Part shown: positions 48,474 to 57,544 of the stretch, one piece after another
Layout: the number at the start of each line of letters is the position of its first letter
Position numbering within the stretch: position 1 is the first letter of the stretch
NCBI GenBank assembly: GCA_046594105.1
Contig: JBKJQB010000234.1
Location: 1 to 63,150, forward strand
DNA: 63,150 bases
DNA from: Thermoanaerobaculia bacterium
GTDB taxonomy: Bacteria > Acidobacteriota > Thermoanaerobaculia > Gp7-AA8
Reading direction: 5' to 3'
The notes under the pieces: model-generated
Seen by the model: only the letters and a program-made list of their open reading frames with translations
Database searches by the model: none
Told to the model about the DNA's origin: nothing
Position numbers and translations under genes: made by a program

Positions 48474-49193
48474 TCACTTCCGATACGCGTCAAACTCGAG
48501 GGGTGGTGCGGCGACCAGTTCCCCGAGTGTCGCATGCTCCAGTTTCCAGGCGTGCAGCATCAGCCGCGGCGCCGGCGCGCCTCCGTACCGCCGATCGCCC
48601 ACGACCGCATGTTCGATCGACGCGAGATGGACGCGGATCTGATGCGTTCTGCCGGTCTCGATCTCCGCTTCGATCAAGCGGCCCCCGGCAGGGCGGATGC
48701 TGGTGATCGCGCTCCTGCCTCCGACCTCTGTATCGATGGTCAACGTCTCGCTGAGGGGACGATCGATGGCCGCGAGATAGGTCTTGCGCATCTGGCGGTT
48801 CGCGAATAGCTCGGAGAGCCGCGCGGCGGCGGACCGCGTCGTTGCGAACAGGACAATTCCGCTGGTGGGGGTGTCGATGCGGTGGACCAGGTAGATCTCT
48901 GGCGAGCGCAGGCGGAGCAGTTCCTCCATCGATCGCCGGGAACGATCGGCGGGAGGTTGCGTGGGCATGCCGGCTGGTTTGTTCACGGCAATCCAGTCGG
49001 AGGCCGAGGCGATGATTTCCACCGGCGGAAGGTCGTCATCGACGATTACGATCCGATCGGAATCAGCGGTGTGACGGGAGGCGATGGAGACCGGGCGGTC
49101 GTTGACCAGAATGCGCCGCGCAGCGATCAGCTCCCTGGCCTGGCGGCGGGAGATTTCCGGGAAGCGTGCGGCGATGGCCTGATCCAGTCGCAT
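48474..49193 (-). CDS. RluA/RluD family pseudouridine synthase with S4 domain
   Basis: MRLD, NKPAG, HRIDTPTSG, ETGRTHQIRVH and LHA motifs. Confidence 0.9.
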   Translation of the reverse strand: MRLDQAIAARFPEISRRQARELIAARRILVNDRPVSIASRHTADSDRIVIVDDDLPPVEIIASASDWIAVNKPAGMPTQPPADRSRRSMEELLRLRSPEIYLVHRIDTPTSGIVLFATTRSAAARLSELFANRQMRKTYLAAIDRPLSETLTIDTEVGGRSAITSIRPAGGRLIEAEIETGRTHQIRVHLASIEHAVVGDRRYGGAPAPRLMLHAWKLEHATLGELVAAPPLEFDAYRK

Positions 49194-49229
49194 AAAAAAA
49201 GAAGGACAGACGGGTCAGGTCTGTCCTTC
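49194..49229 (-). terminator. Intrinsic terminator of recA
   Basis: 11-bp stem GAAGGACAGAC/GTCTGTCCTTC followed by T7 on the minus strand. Confidence 0.85.
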
Positions 49230-49267
49230 GGAATCCTATCGCAGGCGACCAGGTCGCCGGATGGGGA

Positions 49268-50344
49268 TCAGCGAGCTGCCGCTTTGCTCACTTTGGCCAC
49301 CGCAGGCTCGGCGGCGCCCCCTTCGATCACTGTGAGCTCGGGAGGGCCGATGCCGAGGGCTTTGCGTACTCTGGCCTCGATCTCGGTAGCCAACTCGGGG
49401 TTCTCTTTGATGAAGAGCTTGGCATTCTCGCGGCCCTGCCCGAGACGCACGTCGCCGTAGGAGAACCAGGAGCCGGACTTCTCGATGATGCGGTGCTCGA
49501 TCCCGATGTCGACCAGTTCGCCCATCTTGGAGATGCCTTCGCCATAGCCGACATCGAACTCGGCGTAGCGGAATGGCGCGGCCACCTTGTTCTTGACGAC
49601 CTTGACCTTGACCCGCGATCCGATCACTTCCTCACCTTCCTTGATCTGGCCGGTGCGGCGGATGTCCAGGCGGACCGAGGAGTAGAACTTCAGGGCCCGG
49701 CCGCCGGTGGTGGTCTCCGGGCTGCCAAACATCACACCAATTTTCTCACGAATTTGGTTGATGAAAACCAGTGACGTTTTTGACTTCGCTAAAATGGCCG
49801 TCAATTTGCGCATGGCCTGAGACATCAGCCGGGCCTGCAGTCCGACGTGGCTGTCGCCCATCTCGCCTTCGAGTTCAGCGCGGGGAACCAGTGCGGCCAC
49901 AGAGTCGATCACGATGAGGTCGATGGCCCCTGAGCGGACCAGCACCTCGGCGATCTCCAGAGCCTGTTCGCCGCTGTCCGGCTGGGAGACCAGCAGGTTG
50001 TCGATGTCCACGCCAAGCTTCCTGGCGTATTCGGCATCCAGTGCATGCTCCGCGTCGATGAATGCCGCCAGGCCGCCCAGCTTCTGGGCCTCGGCGATGA
50101 TGTGCAGCGAGAGTGTGGTCTTTCCTGAGGATTCCGGCCCGAAGATCTCGATGATCCGGCCGCGGGGAATGCCGCCGACTCCCAGCGCCGCGTCGACGCC
50201 GATGGACCCGGTGGAGATGGCGCTGATCGGCACGAATTCCTTCGCGCCGAGCCGCATGATGGCCCCTTTTCCGAACTGACGCTCAATCTGCGTCAGTGCG
50301 GTTTCGCACGCTTTCAATTTGTCAGTGGGAACGCTGCTGCCCAT
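49268..50344 (-). CDS. recA: Recombinase RecA
   Basis: [16 protein letters not shown] and [12 protein letters not shown]. Upstream TTGACG-16-TAGACT promoter. Confidence 0.99.
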   Translation of the reverse strand: MGSSVPTDKLKACETALTQIERQFGKGAIMRLGAKEFVPISAISTGSIGVDAALGVGGIPRGRIIEIFGPESSGKTTLSLHIIAEAQKLGGLAAFIDAEHALDAEYARKLGVDIDNLLVSQPDSGEQALEIAEVLVRSGAIDLIVIDSVAALVPRAELEGEMGDSHVGLQARLMSQAMRKLTAILAKSKTSLVFINQIREKIGVMFGSPETTTGGRALKFYSSVRLDIRRTGQIKEGEEVIGSRVKVKVVKNKVAAPFRYAEFDVGYGEGISKMGELVDIGIEHRIIEKSGSWFSYGDVRLGQGRENAKLFIKENPELATEIEARVRKALGIGPPELTVIEGGAAEPAVAKVSKAAAR

Positions 50345-50595
50345 GTTGGCTGCTCCTTGTTTTCGATCGTGTGGAAGAGAAGAAAGACAGTGGCTCGGAC
50401 CGATGAGTCATCGTGTGGTGAAACGAGTCTAGCGCCCTTTCTGGAGTCGTCAAGAAACTCCACAATGGGTAGTTTTTTCGGGGTGATTTTTCGTGTGAGG
50501 AGGGCTTTCGCGGGAGCGTCACTCATCCGCCTTCGGCCTTCGCTCAAAGTGCGAAAAACCGCTGCTACGAAACTCCCAGGTTTATGCGGATTTGC

Positions 50596-50791
50596 GAGTC
50601 CCGTAGGGACGATTGACCTTAGCCCAGGACTTCAGTCCTGGGTTTGATGCCCCTAAAAAGTGAGTCCCGTAGGGACGATTGAAAACGTCGCAACGAAGCA
50701 TCGTCAATCGTCCCTCCGGGACTCGTCTGGGGGAGCCCCTCAAGTCCCAGGACTGAAGTCCTGGGCTAAGGTCAATCGCGCCTCCGGCGCT
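50596..50791. repeat. BIME-like mosaic of REP-like palindromes
   Basis: GAGTCCCGTAGGGACGATTGA at 50596 and 50662, inverted at 50704. AGCCCAGGACTTCAGTCCTGGG near 50621, inverted near 50746. Confidence 0.85.
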
Positions 50792-50849
50792 TTGCCTCCG
50801 GGCCCGTTTCTTTCTCTCAGGCGCAGCGTGCGCGCTGTCCATTGCTTCT

Positions 50850-50957
50850 AATGACGCGCTCGCGCGTTATCCGCAATCGAAGGCGGCCGAGTGAAGGCGA
50901 CTGAGGCAAAAATCGTGGCGGACGCTTTACGTACCAACGCCGCCAGCCGTGCCGGCC
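50850..50957. repeat. Dispersed ~107 bp structured repeat, type B, copy 2
   Basis: Aligns with 32905-33011. Confidence 0.8.
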
Positions 50958-51009
50958 TCAGGATGACGATCGGGGACTTCTTCGTGCGCTGATGGTTCGC
51001 GATGTCCCT

Positions 51010-52212
51010 TCACGACGTTGGCGAAAGTGCGATCGACGAACCGACCCAGGTGAACTGCTTGTTGAAGTCGACGCCGAGCATTTTCCCGCGGGAGAGGCGC
51101 ACCAGATTCTGAGCCAGGGTCATCGAGGTCGCGCCATCGGGTCGAAGGAACATCATGCGGATCTCGATCTTCACGCCGCCGCCATCCGCTGCTTCGAGAG
51201 CCGGCTCGTATTCGATCTTTTGCTGAACGCACCAGTTGCCGCGCTCCTTCTCCGGAATCGCTGCGAGATCCGCAGCAGTCGGCTCGATGTTCACGCCGCC
51301 GCCGGCGAAGGAGAACAGCGGCTTGAGGACGTAGCGGCGCGAGAAATCGTCCGGCACTCCCTGTAGATCCGAAACAAAAGTCGCCTTCGGCACAGAGGGG
51401 TGATCGAGAAAAGGGAGCGAGTACTTCGACCAGACCCAGTACCAGTTCGGATGCGGTGCCCATTCGACATCGAGGTCATCGCGGTAGTCGAACGGCAGCT
51501 TCGTGCCTTTGTTCGCCAGTTCGTCGAAGACCACTCGGTTGTAGATCCGCTTCACCGGTGTGCCATCGTCGCGAAACAACTGACGGCCGCGCCGGATCAG
51601 AGTCGTGGGATCGACGGCGTCGACATCGAAGAGGATCTTCGTCGCCGCAAAGTCGACATAGGTCTTCTGCTGCAGCGGGTCGAGGTCCATGAGAATCACC
51701 TCGCGCGGATCGTGATCGCCCACGATGGTACGGCGAGCCAGCTCGAGAAAGCCGCTGCGGTCCAGACCGGAGTACCAGCAGGACCATTCGAGATCGAGGC
51801 CCTCCATGGTGCGCATGGCGTCGCGCCAGACATCGCGTTGAACCACCTGCAGGCAGGTCAGCGAAGGGAAGCCCTGCAGCTCGATGAGCTTCGGAACGAG
51901 CACGCCGTTCTCGCGGACGACGGCGAAATCGACCTGGGCAAAGCTCGGCAGCGCGTCCATCCCCGGGGTGTTCCAGCGCTCGGGGATGGCCTGCTTCATT
52001 CGGGCGATGCGGTCGGGGTCGGAGATCTGGCGGACGATGGCGTTCGCCGCCTCGACGATCCGTTCCTTGAAAACATCTGGCAGGAAGAGCGGACTCTCCG
52101 CCAGCCGGAAGCCGAACCGGCAACCGAGCCGCCGCTCCAGTTCATCGGAGTACCACTGGAAACGTTCCGCCGTGATCTGCGCATTGAAGAGCCTGCGGTA
52201 ACGATCCTCCAT
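51010..52212 (-). CDS. Putative circularly permuted ATP-grasp ligase (glutathione/glutathionylspermidine synthase-like)
   Basis: QVDF...PKLIELQ precedes RIYNR and YVLKPLFSFAGGGV...QQKI, the motif order of permuted ATP-grasp enzymes. Confidence 0.65.
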   Translation of the reverse strand: MEDRYRRLFNAQITAERFQWYSDELERRLGCRFGFRLAESPLFLPDVFKERIVEAANAIVRQISDPDRIARMKQAIPERWNTPGMDALPSFAQVDFAVVRENGVLVPKLIELQGFPSLTCLQVVQRDVWRDAMRTMEGLDLEWSCWYSGLDRSGFLELARRTIVGDHDPREVILMDLDPLQQKTYVDFAATKILFDVDAVDPTTLIRRGRQLFRDDGTPVKRIYNRVVFDELANKGTKLPFDYRDDLDVEWAPHPNWYWVWSKYSLPFLDHPSVPKATFVSDLQGVPDDFSRRYVLKPLFSFAGGGVNIEPTAADLAAIPEKERGNWCVQQKIEYEPALEAADGGGVKIEIRMMFLRPDGATSMTLAQNLVRLSRGKMLGVDFNKQFTWVGSSIALSPTS

Positions 52213-52218
52213 GGGCGA

Positions 52219-53229
52219 TCAGGCCGGTTCCGCACCGACGCCGCAGCGATCGAGAACGACGCGCTCGATCTGACGCCGCAGCGGCTCGATCAGGGTGTAA
52301 TGAGAAGTCCGCTGACTCTCTCGCTCCGCCTCACCGTGGAACAGATTCTTCATCGTTGCGGCGCGCTCCCGGTACCAGTCTTCCGTGACCATGTCGTGGG
52401 CGCGCTTTTCCTCGAGCACCGCAAGGATGTGCTCTCGATCGATGATCTCGGGATGAAAGTTGACTCCAAGAATGCGAGGCGTGCCGTCGGGATGACGAGC
52501 CATCTCCATCATGGTCAGGGCGGAGCTGCCCACTTCTTCGAACGCCAGCACAGTGGCTCCCGCCAGGTTGTCTACGACGAGGTCGAATAGCCGGTTGTCG
52601 ACCACGCGGAAGTGCGTTCGATCGGGGAGCTCGGCAGCGAACGCCCGAAAGTACGGATGGGCTCTCGCTTCTTCGGAGAGAGCGTTCATGGGCATTCCGG
52701 AGCTCTTCACCTCTCGCAACTCGGGGTGGGCTGCGCCCGACCAGCGGCAGAGCAGCCCGAAGGAATGGCACACCGCCAGAAGGGTGGCCGTGGGATGGTC
52801 GTGAATGGCTTCGAAAAGGCGGAACAGCGGCGCTTCCCAGTCGGAGGTCTCCTCAATCCCCTGGCTCCACTCTCCGATGCCGTTATTGAAGCGCGGATCG
52901 AGATGGCCGGGACCGCCGGTCCCCAGGAACATCGGAAAGCGTTCGACCGAGGAGGGGAGGTTCGTGGTGCGGCGGATGTCGTAGGAGAGGACGCGTACCC
53001 GGAGGCCCGCCGCTTTCAGTTGAGCGCCGAGTGGCTCGGCCGCTTCGAGGACGACGTGAACCAGCCCATCGTGACCGAGGTTCGGCCAGGAATGATTCAT
53101 GTCCAGGAGAGCCACATCAATTCGATCGGCGCGCTCCGGAGGCTCGGCACCCTCGACGCGAACGTATTCGAAGAACTCGGATCCGTCGTGGATGTCGTGG
53201 TGCGCAGCGGGAGAATCAGACGACGCCAT
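52219..53229 (-). CDS. Class I glutamine amidotransferase-like protein
   Basis: GTGGPG oxyanion strand, AVCHSF nucleophile Cys and NFHPE His-x-Glu. Confidence 0.78.
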   Translation of the reverse strand: MASSDSPAAHHDIHDGSEFFEYVRVEGAEPPERADRIDVALLDMNHSWPNLGHDGLVHVVLEAAEPLGAQLKAAGLRVRVLSYDIRRTTNLPSSVERFPMFLGTGGPGHLDPRFNNGIGEWSQGIEETSDWEAPLFRLFEAIHDHPTATLLAVCHSFGLLCRWSGAAHPELREVKSSGMPMNALSEEARAHPYFRAFAAELPDRTHFRVVDNRLFDLVVDNLAGATVLAFEEVGSSALTMMEMARHPDGTPRILGVNFHPEIIDREHILAVLEEKRAHDMVTEDWYRERAATMKNLFHGEAERESQRTSHYTLIEPLRRQIERVVLDRCGVGAEPA

Positions 53230-54325
53230 GCTCGGTCTCGCGGATGATGTAGTCGACGACGTCATTCAGGTCCTGACGATGTTCATAGGCGGCCAGCTGA
53301 CGGTCGGCGCCGGTCCCTCGCTTCAGGATCTCTTTGACGTAGTGGACCTCGTCGCGCGACCCCAGCTCATCCACGACGTCATCGACGAAGAGCAGCAGCT
53401 CGTCGAGCAACTCAGTGAAGGGCACCTCGGCGCGCTTGCCGAAGTCGATCAGCTTGCCGCCGATGCCGAAGCGCGCGGCCCGCTGTTTGTTCTCGTTGAG
53501 CAGCGAGCGCCGATAGAGGCGCCAGCCCATGTTCTGGCGATACAACTTGTGCAACTTCACGGTGATGGCCTGGAACAGAGCGGCGAAACAGATGGTCTCG
53601 TCGACGCGCATCGGCACATCGCAGATCCGATACTCCAGCGTCGGGAAGAATGGATGCGGCCGGACGTCCCACCAGATCTTCTTCGGGTTGTCGATGCAGT
53701 TGGTGGCGATGAGGGTGTTGACGTATTCGTCGTAGTCGCCGGAGGTCCGGAAATTGTCGGGAAGGCCGGTGCGGGGAAAGCGCTCGAAGACCTTGGCCCT
53801 GTAACTTTTCCAGCCGGTGTTCTTGCCGCACCAGAACGGTGAGTTGACGGAGAGGGCAAAGACGTGCGGCAGGAAGTAGCGCGCCGCATTCATGATCTGG
53901 ATGCGCGTCTCGTGGTCTTCCACCGCCACGTGAACGTGCAGGCCGAACACCAGGTTCGCGCGCGCCAGCATCTGCATTTCGTAGACGAGCTGATCGTAGC
54001 GGGCGTTCTCGGTCATCTGCACGTTCGCCCAGTGCGTGATCGGGTGCGAGCCTGCCGCGCCGATCCGCAGTCCGTTGGCATGCACGAGTTGAATGATCTC
54101 CCGGCGCAACCGGGTGACCTCCACGCGCGCTTCGGCGATGTTCCGGCAGATCGGCGTGCCCACCTCGATCACCGGATCGTGCATCTCCCGTTTGATCTCT
54201 TCCTTCAGCCGCTTCTCACCCTCGGCGAACATCTCCTGGATGTGCGAGCGGAGCTGCCGCGTCTCAGGATCGATGACCTGAAATTCTTCCTCGATGCCGA
54301 GAGTGAATGAAGGTTGAGAGGCCAT
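53216..54325 (-). CDS. Carboxylate-amine ligase, YbdK/GCS2 family
   Basis: FTLGIEEEFQ, FGLHVHV, NSPFW, IWWDVRP, TLEYRICD and ENKQRAARFG motifs. Confidence 0.93.
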   Translation of the reverse strand: MASQPSFTLGIEEEFQVIDPETRQLRSHIQEMFAEGEKRLKEEIKREMHDPVIEVGTPICRNIAEARVEVTRLRREIIQLVHANGLRIGAAGSHPITHWANVQMTENARYDQLVYEMQMLARANLVFGLHVHVAVEDHETRIQIMNAARYFLPHVFALSVNSPFWCGKNTGWKSYRAKVFERFPRTGLPDNFRTSGDYDEYVNTLIATNCIDNPKKIWWDVRPHPFFPTLEYRICDVPMRVDETICFAALFQAITVKLHKLYRQNMGWRLYRRSLLNENKQRAARFGIGGKLIDFGKRAEVPFTELLDELLLFVDDVVDELGSRDEVHYVKEILKRGTGADRQLAAYEHRQDLNDVVDYIIRETEHGVV

Positions 54326-54357
54326 GCCGAAAGCATAACCCAGCACATCGGGTGCGG

Positions 54358-55353
54358 TCAGCGCGCCGTTTTCGGGGCGCCTTTCGACCCGGTGACGAGG
54401 GGTTCACCCGCAGCCTTTGCAGTATTCATGACCGAGGGCCAGTTGCCGGTGAGCTCGAGGGGCTTTCCCGACAGGACGATCTCGATCAGCGTCTCCGCCA
54501 TGTTCTGGACGACCCACTTGAAGTTTTCCTCTCCCACGGAGGCTCGATCGGCGTCGGGAGCACAGTTCATGAAGTCGATGGCGTAGGGGATGCCGCCGCG
54601 CACGGCAAACTCGACCGTATTCATGTCGTAGCCGAGGGCCTCGCAGAGGGCGGAGGCGTCGCGACGGATCTTCGCCTCGAAGGCTGGCTCCATCGGAGCG
54701 GGATCCTGCACGTAACGCTGATCGTGAGGCAGCCGCGGGTCGTACTGCATGATGTGGACGCGGTTGCGGCCGATGACGTAGCAGCGGTAGTAGGCGTCGA
54801 AGTCGATGGCCTCCTGCGCCATCATGGTCAGGTCGCGCGACTGGTCGTAGGCAGAAAAGAACTCGTTGCGATCGTCGCACTTGTAGACGTCCTTCCAGCC
54901 ACCGCCGTACGCCGGCTTCATGAAGATGGGGAAGCCGAGGTACTCGAAGACCTCGTCCCAGTTCACCCATTGCATGTTGCGGAAGGACTGGGAGGTTGTG
55001 TTGGGCGGGTACTCCTTGTGGGGAAGCAGGACGGTTTTCGGAACCGCGACGTCGACCGACTTGGCCACCAGGTTGTCGAAGAACTTGTCGTCGGCCGACC
55101 ACCAGATGGGGTTGTTGACGATCTTCACGCCGGAGGCAGCGGCGCACTTGAGCATGGTGCGGTAGAAGGGGATCTCGTGGCTGATGCGATCGAGGATCAG
55201 GTCGTAGCCGAAGACGCCGTCATCCTTGAGGTAGGAGATCTCCACCGCGCTGGCCTCGACTTTGCCGCTGCCCCGCTTGTTGATCTCCTCGATCAACGCC
55301 CAGGGAAAGGTGTTCTCCATCCCGAACAGCAGTCCAATCTTTTTCGTGGTCAT
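54358..55353 (-). CDS. RimK-like ATP-grasp ligase
   Basis: DDKF, VPKT, FPIFMKPAYGGG, QEAI and VEF...IDFMN motifs. Confidence 0.85.
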   Translation of the reverse strand: MTTKKIGLLFGMENTFPWALIEEINKRGSGKVEASAVEISYLKDDGVFGYDLILDRISHEIPFYRTMLKCAAASGVKIVNNPIWWSADDKFFDNLVAKSVDVAVPKTVLLPHKEYPPNTTSQSFRNMQWVNWDEVFEYLGFPIFMKPAYGGGWKDVYKCDDRNEFFSAYDQSRDLTMMAQEAIDFDAYYRCYVIGRNRVHIMQYDPRLPHDQRYVQDPAPMEPAFEAKIRRDASALCEALGYDMNTVEFAVRGGIPYAIDFMNCAPDADRASVGEENFKWVVQNMAETLIEIVLSGKPLELTGNWPSVMNTAKAAGEPLVTGSKGAPKTAR

Positions 55354-55414
55354 GGCGATCTCCAGGGGGGCGGATCGTAATCAAAAACGCGGCCTGGCGG
55401 CAATGAGAGTCTGG

Positions 55415-55596
55415 CGTGTGGTGCGGCCGTCCCGGCCGCCTCGCGGGGGTCGAGGCTGGGCCGGCACGGCCGGCGGCGCTGGTTGCCCAAGGCTCCGCCA
55501 AGATCACGCTCCAAGACGTTCTGCCGCGCAGGCTCCTAGGAGGCCGTCCTTCGCGACCGGGACCCAGTCTGCGGCCGGGGACGGCCGCGCCACACG
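55415..55596. repeat. Inverted REP-like doublet enclosing type A repeat copy 2 (55459-55539)
   Basis: CGTGTGGTGCGGCCGTCCCGGCCGC (55415-55439) and an inverted copy (55571-55596). Confidence 0.8.
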
Positions 55597-55769
55597 GCCG
55601 CTCAAGGAAGGGTGATCAGCGAGATCGCGAGGGCCTTCTCGGGCATTTTGTTACGCAGACCTTGTTAGGATCGCAACTCGCAGTTGCGGGAGCTAGAGGA
55701 TGCTTCGCCGTATTCGCGGCGCAGAATGGCGAAAGCGGACGGCGCATTCGCCGTGAGGGAGTCACCAAC

Positions 55770-56477
55770 ATGTACCGCGAAAACGTTCAGTGGCACAGCC
55801 CCTCCCTCGGTCGCACGATGGAGTTTCTCTGGTTCGGCAAGTTCGGCCGGCCGGTGATTCTCTTTCCCACTTCCGGCGGCGGTTTCAATGAAAACGAGGA
55901 TTTTCACCTGACGGGAGCGCTGTCAGACAAGGTGGAGCGCGGGGAGATCCAGCTGGTCTGCGTCGATTCCGTCGATCAGGAGAGCTGGTACAACCGCTCG
56001 GTCCATCCGGCCGTGCGGGTCGCGCGGCACGCTCAGTACGACGCGTACCTGCGGCACGAGCTGGTTCCCTACGCCGTGAATCGCTCTCAACGGGAGGACC
56101 TCGCTGTGTACGGAGCGAGCTTCGGCGCCTACCACGCGGCCAATTTCGCCGCGCGCTATCCCGACGTCGTGCGCCGCGCCATCTGTTTCTCCGGCGTTTA
56201 TGACGTCCACTCGTTTCTCGACGGCTACTGGGATGAGAACTGCTACTTCCACTGCCCAGTGGCCTACATCCCGAACCTCGACGCCGAGGGTGCGCGACGG
56301 GTGGCCAGTGTGGAGTGGGTCATCGCCACGGGCGAATACGACTCGCTGGTGCAGCAGAACCGCGACTTCTCCTCCATGCTGAGCGGGAAAGGGATTCCCA
56401 ATCACGCGGAGTTCTGGGGCGGCGTCTTCGGCCACGACTGGCCCTGGTGGCGTGAGCACATCCGGCGCTTGGTGTGA
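55770..56477 (+). CDS. Esterase family alpha/beta hydrolase
   Basis: SPSLGRTM, FPTSGG, GASFG nucleophile elbow, FSGVYD and GHDWPWW. ATG at 55770 follows GGAG. Confidence 0.88.
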   Translation: MYRENVQWHSPSLGRTMEFLWFGKFGRPVILFPTSGGGFNENEDFHLTGALSDKVERGEIQLVCVDSVDQESWYNRSVHPAVRVARHAQYDAYLRHELVPYAVNRSQREDLAVYGASFGAYHAANFAARYPDVVRRAICFSGVYDVHSFLDGYWDENCYFHCPVAYIPNLDAEGARRVASVEWVIATGEYDSLVQQNRDFSSMLSGKGIPNHAEFWGGVFGHDWPWWREHIRRLV

Positions 56478-56562
56478 CGCGCGGCGGGAAACCGCTCGAC
56501 CGCATTGCTCGCGGCTCCACGCAGCGCGCGCGGACAGGTCAAACCTGTCCGCGCGAACGAGG

Positions 56563-57543
56563 TCAGCGAGTGGAGTGGGAGGACGACTTGGCCACCCAGC
56601 TGCGGAAAGTCTCGCCGGAGACGGTTCCGGAGACGGTCACTGAGTCGTCGCTGCGCGAGACGCTGAACTTGCGAAGCACGGAGACGAGATCCGGCGATTT
56701 GTCCTGAACGGCAAGCCGCAGGGCCGACAGACCGCCGCGGATGGTGTCCTCAAGAAGGCCGAGGGTCTCGGTATCGCGGGAGAGGCCGATGGCGGACAGC
56801 TTGAGCGAGTCGCCGGAGTCAGTGGCCCACAGCGCGACGGTGGACATGCTCTTGAGCGCGCCGCCGATCATCTGCGCGGACGATCCGTGATCGCCCATGT
56901 GAGGCGCGCCGGCGAGGCGCTGAGCGCGCGCGACATCGACCAGGACCCACGCCGTGGCGCGAGGATCGATCCGTGCCTGATCGCGACCGAGGCCACTGGC
57001 AGTGCTGAAGCCGGTGCCGCCGGAAGCGCGATTTGCCAGCGCCTCGAGCACAGCCCCTTCGGAACCGAGAACTGCGAGATGCGAATCGGGGAAGGCCACG
57101 ACCATGGGGCCACGATCATGACTGTTGTCGCTGTGTGGAATGAGCAGGTAGGAACCATTCGGCGAAGACTTGCGCGTGGCGCCACGGGTTACCAGAGCGC
57201 TGGAGAGACGCTCGACGTTGAAGCGGCCGTCGGCAGCAATGAGGATGTCCGCCTCGCCGCCGAGGGTGGTGCGCGGTGAGGTGGTGAACACGATCACGTC
57301 GACGTCGCGGGTCGGCTGTAGTCCGGAGTCGCGCAGGAACTTCACCGCGTCGTCATCCATGCTGACGTGCGCCGTCTGCTGAAAGAGAGCGGACGAAAGC
57401 GGGCTGTTGCGCATGTCGGCCAGCCGGACCACCCCGACCGACACCGCGTCGCTGGGGATCAGCGACATTGCGTCATTCTTGGCGAATGCCGCGGGAGCGA
57501 TTGCCAGGATCAGGGCCACAAGGGAAAGCAGGTGCTTCTTCAT
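56563..57543 (-). CDS. Hypothetical exported protein
   Basis: AGGAG RBS and signal peptide ending AFA; 1 nt after the permease stop. Confidence 0.75.
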   Translation of the reverse strand: MKKHLLSLVALILAIAPAAFAKNDAMSLIPSDAVSVGVVRLADMRNSPLSSALFQQTAHVSMDDDAVKFLRDSGLQPTRDVDVIVFTTSPRTTLGGEADILIAADGRFNVERLSSALVTRGATRKSSPNGSYLLIPHSDNSHDRGPMVVAFPDSHLAVLGSEGAVLEALANRASGGTGFSTASGLGRDQARIDPRATAWVLVDVARAQRLAGAPHMGDHGSSAQMIGGALKSMSTVALWATDSGDSLKLSAIGLSRDTETLGLLEDTIRGGLSALRLAVQDKSPDLVSVLRKFSVSRSDDSVTVSGTVSGETFRSWVAKSSSHSTR

Positions 57544-57544
57544 G

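Noticed and set aside
50345-50520. LexA box upstream of recA
   Set aside because: No convincing GTTC-N7-GTTC, GAAC-N4-GTTC or CTGT-N8-ACAG match seen.
50596-50791. Possible CRISPR array
   Set aside because: The units are palindromic and in mixed orientation, with no regular unique spacers and no cas genes.
55354-55769. RiPP precursor peptide for the ATP-grasp enzymes
   Set aside because: Short ORFs here are translations of DNA repeats and show no leader or core pattern.
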